A stretch of 64,000 bases of DNA, from positions 96,001-160,000 of the IMG/VR virus record IMGVR_UViG_2548876794_000003. One strand, given 5' to 3'. The notes below the pieces were generated by a model that was not told the DNA's origin, made no database searches, and saw nothing but the letters and a program-made list of their open reading frames with translations. Shown here in pieces: positions 58,324 to 64,000 of this stretch (within the stretch, counting starts at the first letter, position 1; every line of letters starts with the position of its first letter). Made by a program: the position numbers and the translations under genes. The stretch comes from a virus. Its lineage: Duplodnaviria > Caudoviricetes.

Positions 58324-58698
58324 ATGAACTTGCTAGACATGTTAGTTAAGAAGATGGTTCATGCTCCGTATGGCATTGTAAAATGTTCATCCGTAGCGTT
58401 AGATGCAAAAGCCAACGGGAGAATAACAATGGCCTTTCAGTGCAAAGGTAGACAAACTTTTATTGAATCGCATCAAGCGATTATAAATTCATTGATGAAG
58501 CCATATACTTTATTCGATGTTGAGTGCGAAGGCGAAATTATCATCGTTAAAAATAGAGATGTGCTAGATCGTTGCTTTGGAAAAGCGCGTAGGGAAGATG
58601 GCGTACTGTTTGTTGAGCTTATCGTAGAATGCACTAGCGCTCGTAAAATCACCTCATTGGAATCTGCAATTCAATTGGTATACAAAGGGGTGGCGTAG
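58324..58698 (+). CDS. Hypothetical protein
   Basis: AAGGA RBS, 124 aa. Confidence 0.5.
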   Translation: MNLLDMLVKKMVHAPYGIVKCSSVALDAKANGRITMAFQCKGRQTFIESHQAIINSLMKPYTLFDVECEGEIIIVKNRDVLDRCFGKARREDGVLFVELIVECTSARKITSLESAIQLVYKGVA

Positions 58699-59126
58699 TG
58701 AATCTACTTGATATGATGATGGATAAAAATGAGACATCTATCTGTGTCGTGTGGGCTTATGATGCAAGGCTCGATTCTATAAAAGAGCATAGGATTTCTT
58801 TATATAGACGCTCCCGAGAAGAACGCTTTATATCTGAGCCGCGATACGACTTGCGTTATCGAACAGAAGCACCACAGTTATCTGCAGAAGAATACAAAAA
58901 ACAAGATGTGTTCATTATTCGATTCAAGGATAGGAAAGACCTATGCCTTCTAATAAACAAAAGCGATATTTGCTATCGTACCAATCACGAAAATAAAAAG
59001 CTAAACGAACGAAGCGCACACTTAAAGCTATTCAATGTACTTGCATTTAATTTCTTTGATGATGCGTTGAATGCAGCACAGCGAGTAAGAGATGTCGTAA
59101 AGGATCCTGCTGCCACATGGATTTAA
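58698..59126 (+). CDS. Hypothetical protein
   Basis: TAGTG overlap, GGGGTG RBS. Confidence 0.5.
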   Translation: MNLLDMMMDKNETSICVVWAYDARLDSIKEHRISLYRRSREERFISEPRYDLRYRTEAPQLSAEEYKKQDVFIIRFKDRKDLCLLINKSDICYRTNHENKKLNERSAHLKLFNVLAFNFFDDALNAAQRVRDVVKDPAATWI

Positions 59127-59467
59127 TTTATTGCTTACATCGCCTAGAAGGACTACGCATGCTGAGGACCGTTCGAAGAATGATAGGTGTAGATGTGGAA
59201 AATACGTTCATTATCTTCGCATCACTGAACCGAGTGAATGAAAGTATCGAGATAATAGAGAAATACTTTTCATACGTAACACGAACACCTATTAGTAAGC
59301 TGTCCTTTTCATATAACCAGAAGCGTACTACTATTCGTGGACGCACTATATACGAAACACATATTTCCGTTGATGGATGGTTTAACGAAATCATCCCCAT
59401 GGAAGAAATGAATACCCGACTAACAAATGCTTATTTAAAACTAGAGCAAAATAATAAAAACGAATAG
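59117..59467 (+). CDS. Hypothetical protein
   Basis: Fills the gap before dnaE; start uncertain. Confidence 0.45.
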   Translation: MDLIYCLHRLEGLRMLRTVRRMIGVDVENTFIIFASLNRVNESIEIIEKYFSYVTRTPISKLSFSYNQKRTTIRGRTIYETHISVDGWFNEIIPMEEMNTRLTNAYLKLEQNNKNE

Positions 59468-59479
59468 AGGAAATATCTT

Positions 59480-62400
59480 ATGGATTTATCAACAATTGAA
59501 CTGCCGCAAACAGAAAGTGAAGTTATTTTAAAAGCGATTGAGAATGCCGCCACTGCCATTGGCGTAAGAAACTTCATTCACTTACACTTACATACTACAT
59601 ATAGCTTCTTGGATGGATTTAACCGCCCAGAGGATTCAGCAAGGAAAGCAAAAGAGCTTGGTATGCCAGCAATGGCCATCACCGACCACAATCATTTATG
59701 TGGGGTACTCGACTTTAAAGAAGCTTGCGACAAGAAGGCATTAAGCCGATTCTTGGCTTCGAAGGTTACTGGACGCAAGATACAAACATTTTGAGCCTAA
59801 CTGCCGATGAACGTACCGAGTATGCAATCAAGCAAGCTCGTGCAGATGGCGTCGATGTTCCAGAAAAAATCAATAACAAAAAGCCTACGAAGAGACAGCT
59901 CGAACCATTCATTAGAAATTATGAATACGACACAAGCCAATATCATATTATCTTCCTTGCGAAGAATCAAACAGGGTGGCACAACCTAGTGAAGCTTCAA
60001 TCCGAAGCGGCTGACCACTGTACATATAATGGTCGTTTCCTATGCGACACAGAGATGATGCGCAAGTATTCAGAAGGCGTCATTTGCACAACAGCATGCG
60101 TACATAATATTGTCTGCGAATTATTCGCAAGCGGTAAAGACAATGAAGCAATCGCTATCTTAGAAGAGTGGGATAGCATTTATGGTGAAAACCTATACAT
60201 AGAATTACAACCTAACAACTTTAAAAAACAGTGGGTAGCAAATATTAAATTAATCAACTGGGCTCGTGCAAACAATAAGCAATTCATCGTAACGAACGAT
60301 GTTCATTACACAGAGCAATCAGATCACGATGACCACGATACATTACTTTGTATCGGTACTGGTAAGAAGAAAGCGGAAGATGCTCGTATGCATTACGACA
60401 ATTCCTTCTGGGTCCGTTCATTCGATGAAATGCTTTACTATTTCTCTGAACAGATTTCTATGATTGAAGCGACTGATTTTGCTGAAAAAGATTTATACGA
60501 CCGAGATACATACATTCAAGCAATCGTTGAAGGCTTGAACAACACGAACGCTATTGCCGCTTCTGTAGAAGATGTGAAGCTGAATTCAGACAAACCGCTG
60601 TTTCCTAAGCTAGACATTCCGCATGGTTTAGATAGCGCAACTGTTCTAACATCACGTTGCTTCCAAAACCTATACAAGTACAAAGCGAAAAATCCTGAAA
60701 TCAATCTGCGTATCTACGAGAAACGTTTAAGTGACGAACTAAGTATCATCAATCCAAAAGGCTATGCGCCCTATATGTTAGCTGTAGAAGAGTACATCAC
60801 ATGGGCAAACGAAAATGGCGTACCAACTGGACCAGGGCGTGGTTCTGCAGCGGGTAGCTTAACATTGTTCCTACTAGGTGTAACACGCGTAATTGATCCG
60901 ATTAAAAATGGATTGCTGTTCTTCCGATTCCTTACTGCGGATCGTACATCGCCGCCCGATGTAGATACCGATTTTGATTACGAAGGACGACCAAGAGTTA
61001 TCGAACATTTAGAAGAAAAGTACGGTATTGACCACGTAGCGCATATCGGCACTTACTCAACACTTGGCGTAAAGTCTGGTATTAAAGATGTTGCGCGTGT
61101 GCTTGATATTCCATTCGATGTTGTAAATGGCATCACGAAAGAGATTGGTGACATTCTCGATATTCCAGATTTAGCATTTGAAAACCTCGACGAATTGAAA
61201 GAAAGCGATCCTAACGAATGGCAACGTTTCGATGCACTTGAAAAAGCGAATCCAGAAATCTTCCGACTTGCTCGCCGTTTCGAAGGCGTTGCTCGTGGGG
61301 TAGGGGTACATGCTTCTGGCGTATTAGTAACGCCCGAACCCGTCACTGATTTATTCCCAACGCGTAAAGCAAAAGATGGTACGACTGTTACACTGTATAC
61401 AGGCGTACAGCTTGAAGCACTGAACGCTATTAAGTTCGATATTCTAGGATTAAAAACAGTAACAGTTATTAAGAAGGCATTGAAAGCGATTGATGAAAAC
61501 CTTACATTCGAAGATTTATATGAATGCATTGATATGAAGGATGAAAAAGCATTCAAGCTGCTCCGAGATAAAAAGACAAGCGGCACCTTCCAAATGGGTT
61601 CTAATCTGTTCAAAGGTTTGATTGACGATATTAAACCGTCTGAATTCAATGACCTTGTAGTCATTACATCTGTGGCTCGCCCAGGTCCTCTTAAAGCAGG
61701 AATGCATACGATGTATGCGAATGTTAAGAATGGCATCCAAAAAGCGAAAGAGCCGTTGCCTAATACATGGGACATCGTAGAGGATTCGCAAGGCGTCATT
61801 GCATACCAAGAACAGGTAATGCGTATTTCCCAACGTGTCGCTGACTTCAACGATAACCAAGCAGATAGTTACTTACGTAAAGCCATGGCAAAGAAGAAAA
61901 TTGAAAAAATGAATATGTGTCGCCAATGGTTTATCTACGGTAAGCGTAATGAGCCAGCGCCAGCAGGTTATGACGAAAACAATCTGGACCAACCAATGTA
62001 CGATCCAACTGGAAAGCATGGCACTGCGATTACTGGAGGTATTGCAAATGGGTATTCCGAAGCGGAGCTAAAACAATTCTGGAAGGACATTGAGGGGTAC
62101 GCAACATATCTGTTCAATTTAAGCCACGCAGCTTGTTATTCATACATCACGATTTTAACAATGTATTTGAAAGCATATTATCCAACAGAGTTCATGGCTG
62201 CGCTATTAACAATGGAAGATGATGAAGCGAAGAAATCTCGATATGTAGAAGAAGCGCAAGACCTCGGATTAAAAGTTGTTGTGCCTAGCATTAATGAATC
62301 AGATTTCGATTTCAAAGCGATTGCTACGAAGAAAGAAATTATTTACGGCCTATGCTCTATTAAAGGTGTCAGCAAAGCAAGTGCTGCGCCAATAATTGAA

Positions 62401-62961
62401 AACAGACCATACACTTCTATTGAAGATGCAGTGGAACGTGTTCCTAAGAAATCATTCAACAAACGTGTAGGCATGGCGTTGATTAAATCGGGTGGCTTTG
62501 ACAAGTTAGGTAAGAACCGAATTGACACAGTGAACCGTTTCCATATTATTCGCAAAGACAAAGATGACTTAGAGGAAGTTGATTCATACGATCGTTTAAT
62601 TGCAATGGGCTACGAACGTGAAACACTGGGTATGTGCTTATCAGCTAAATCATATTTCTCTCGTCTAAAAGATAATGCAACTGTTAATAACACATTCGTA
62701 GTTGAAGCGTTAAACGTGCGCAACGATCGTAACGGTCGTGCGATGGCGCATATGACACTATCTTGCGAAGGTGAAAAAATCAAAGCATTGATGTTCTCTT
62801 CAAGCTATAAAAAGCATAAGTTTTTAGAGAAAGGTCAAACATATATCATGAAGGGCAAGAAGAGCGAGAATTCGTTCATTGTTAATAATGCAGATATGCT
62901 AGACGGCTCGAAAGGCATTGATGTCGTGACTGCGTTCATGAATCAGCCCGTCAGCATCTAA
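59480..62961 (+). pseudogene. dnaE: DNA polymerase III alpha subunit (DnaE, family C), interrupted as sequenced by a -1 frameshift near 59731-59736 (may be a sequencing error)
   Basis: PHP motifs HLHLHT.YS.LDG and AITDHN in 59480-59794. GIKPILGFE, TNDVHY, GRGSAAGSL, PDVDTDF, KFDILGL in the -1 frame to 62961. One extra A restores ACDKEGIKP and a 1160-aa protein. Confidence 0.85.
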
Positions 62962-62971
62962 TATTTTTACT

Positions 62972-63000
62972 AAAGGGGTCGCACAAGTGGCTCCTTTTTT
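62972..63000 (+). terminator. Intrinsic terminator
   Basis: AAAGGGGTCGC-ACAA-GTGGCTCCTTTTTT. Confidence 0.75.
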
Positions 63001-63159
63001 CATAGTAAGAATCACATAACAATAGTAAATACTATAGAGTTTACATATTTAACATAAAAGGAATTCTATTCATAAAAGTAAAAATGAAGTGTTCCCTAAT
63101 TTACTAGAGTGGACAACGCGAAATAGGTCGCTATTTTTACAAACAAAAGGAGGATGGGT

Positions 63160-63711
63160 ATGTTTCTTGTATGGTGTATTATCGTGATAATTGCTTGCTA
63201 TGTCATCATGGCGATATGGGATTCTGGCGAGAAAAAAAGCATGGAGAATAAAGGCTATTCTGCGCAACTGTTAGATGTTTTACATGTTGGTGGCATACCA
63301 AATTTAGCGCCTGGTGAATTTACAAAGTTACGTGTATCAGATAGGCGCTTAGAAATTGGTGAGAAGAATAGTTTTCCTTTAAGACAGATAAAAAGAGCAG
63401 AGCACATGAAGAACAATGAGCTGCGAGAAAAACAAAAATCTGTAATCGGGCGAGCAGTTGCGGGTGGTTTACTCTTAGGTCCTGTAGCTGCAATTATCGG
63501 CGGACTTTCTGGAGTTGGAACGAAGAAAGTAGAAGCAGACGAACAGATCATTTCAATAGATTTTATAGGTCATGACGGTGAAGAAAGAACAGCCGTATTT
63601 ATCGACCGAAACAAATCGGGAATCGGAATGTCATATAAAGAATTTGTTTCAGAGCTTAACAAAAAAATCAGTCATACAGCAGTAGCGACGAATGACTCTC
63701 AAAAAATCTAG
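63160..63711 (+). CDS. Membrane-anchored accessory (moron-like) protein
   Basis: AGGAGG RBS 6 nt before ATG 63160. N-terminal TM helix; SVIGRAVAGGLLLGPVAAIIGGLSG glycine-zipper motif; flanked by terminators. Confidence 0.65.
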   Translation: MFLVWCIIVIIACYVIMAIWDSGEKKSMENKGYSAQLLDVLHVGGIPNLAPGEFTKLRVSDRRLEIGEKNSFPLRQIKRAEHMKNNELREKQKSVIGRAVAGGLLLGPVAAIIGGLSGVGTKKVEADEQIISIDFIGHDGEERTAVFIDRNKSGIGMSYKEFVSELNKKISHTAVATNDSQKI

Positions 63712-63717
63712 TCCGAC

Positions 63718-63744
63718 AAGAGACCGCATAAGCGGTCTTTTTTT
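63718..63744 (+). terminator. Intrinsic terminator
   Basis: AAGAGACCGC-ATAA-GCGGTCTTTTTTT. Confidence 0.85.
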
Positions 63745-63772
63745 GCGTACTAATATTCTGGAGGTGCATGCG

Positions 63773-64000
63773 ATGAAGATGGATTATGTAGACATCACAC
63801 CTGTTTCTGTTCAAAGGCCCAACGGTGCATACGATTCGTTCGGGCATGGTGTAATCATAGGTCGTAATACATACATGAATAATAATATATACGGTGCGCT
63901 ATTCGACACGCTTATGACGACACGAGCTGTTTCTCCAGACATCGGTTCAATGGCTGGCGGTTACGCACAGCTTGGTATTGTTTTTCCTTCTGCAAAGCGG
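63773..64000 (+). CDS. Hypothetical protein, 3'-truncated by the window edge
   Basis: GGAGGTG RBS, ATG 63773, frame open to the end (MKMDYVDITPVSVQRPNGAYDSFGHG...). Confidence 0.55.
   Translation, partial: MKMDYVDITPVSVQRPNGAYDSFGHGVIIGRNTYMNNNIYGALFDTLMTTRAVSPDIGSMAGGYAQLGIVFPSAKR

Larger units (their letters stand above)
1..64000 (+). mobile_element. Segment of a large (jumbo-like) contractile-tailed phage or prophage of a Bacillota host
   Basis: Co-oriented virion genes (baseplate hub, spike, gp25-like, wedge), a holin-like pair and a phage-type replisome (AEP primase, DnaB-like, RecJ, DnaE) with sigma factor. No host housekeeping genes and no boundaries visible in the window. Confidence 0.85.

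Noticed and set aside
59714-59720. T_TTA_AAG as a programmed slippery site for dnaE
   Set aside because: Not in phase with the upstream reading frame, and the -1 frame has a stop at 59716-59718
61930-62050. Insertion in DnaE (YGKRNEPAPAG..GTAITG) as an intein or intron
   Set aside because: Only about 30 residues, in frame, with no C/S...HN-C/S/T splice motifs
519-63551. Numerous short alternative-frame and antisense ORFs in the track (e.g. 61053-61850 minus, 35990-36466 minus)
   Set aside because: They lie on top of long genes with clear motifs or RBSs and show no RBS or protein-like features of their own; treated as shadow ORFs
1-64000. tRNA, rRNA, integrase, att sites, capsid, terminase or sheath genes
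   Set aside because: None recognisable in this window; lifestyle and head morphology cannot be determined from it

Overview
The window is a gene-dense, almost entirely + strand segment of a large tailed phage or prophage-like element from a low-GC Gram-positive host (strong AGGAGG-type RBSs, sigmaA-type promoters). Left part (1-49145): a virion module. It opens with three giant genes (>1574, 2863 and 2724 aa), followed by contractile-tail baseplate genes (spike, gp25-like, wedge), many orphan structural or fibre-like genes and a holin-like pair. An AT-rich, reverse-strand bacteriocin-like cassette interrupts it at 22747-23671. Right part (49255-62961): a replication and transcription module with an archaeo-eukaryotic primase, a frameshifted DnaB-like helicase, PD-(D/E)XK proteins, a sigma70-family factor, a small ribbon-helix-helix regulator, RecJ and a frameshifted DnaE. 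Main result: the 2863-aa protein (4838-13429) carries, in correct order on one chain, the catalytic motifs of both the beta and beta' subunits of two-barrel RNA polymerases (KxxxxxxxK, RxP, DxDGD, bridge helix, trigger-loop His). It is fused to an N-terminal DEDDh 3'-5' exonuclease with all catalytic residues intact and ends in a hydrophobic segment. It is a candidate virion-delivered single-chain RNAP-exonuclease. All assignments come from reading motifs by eye; no database search was run.
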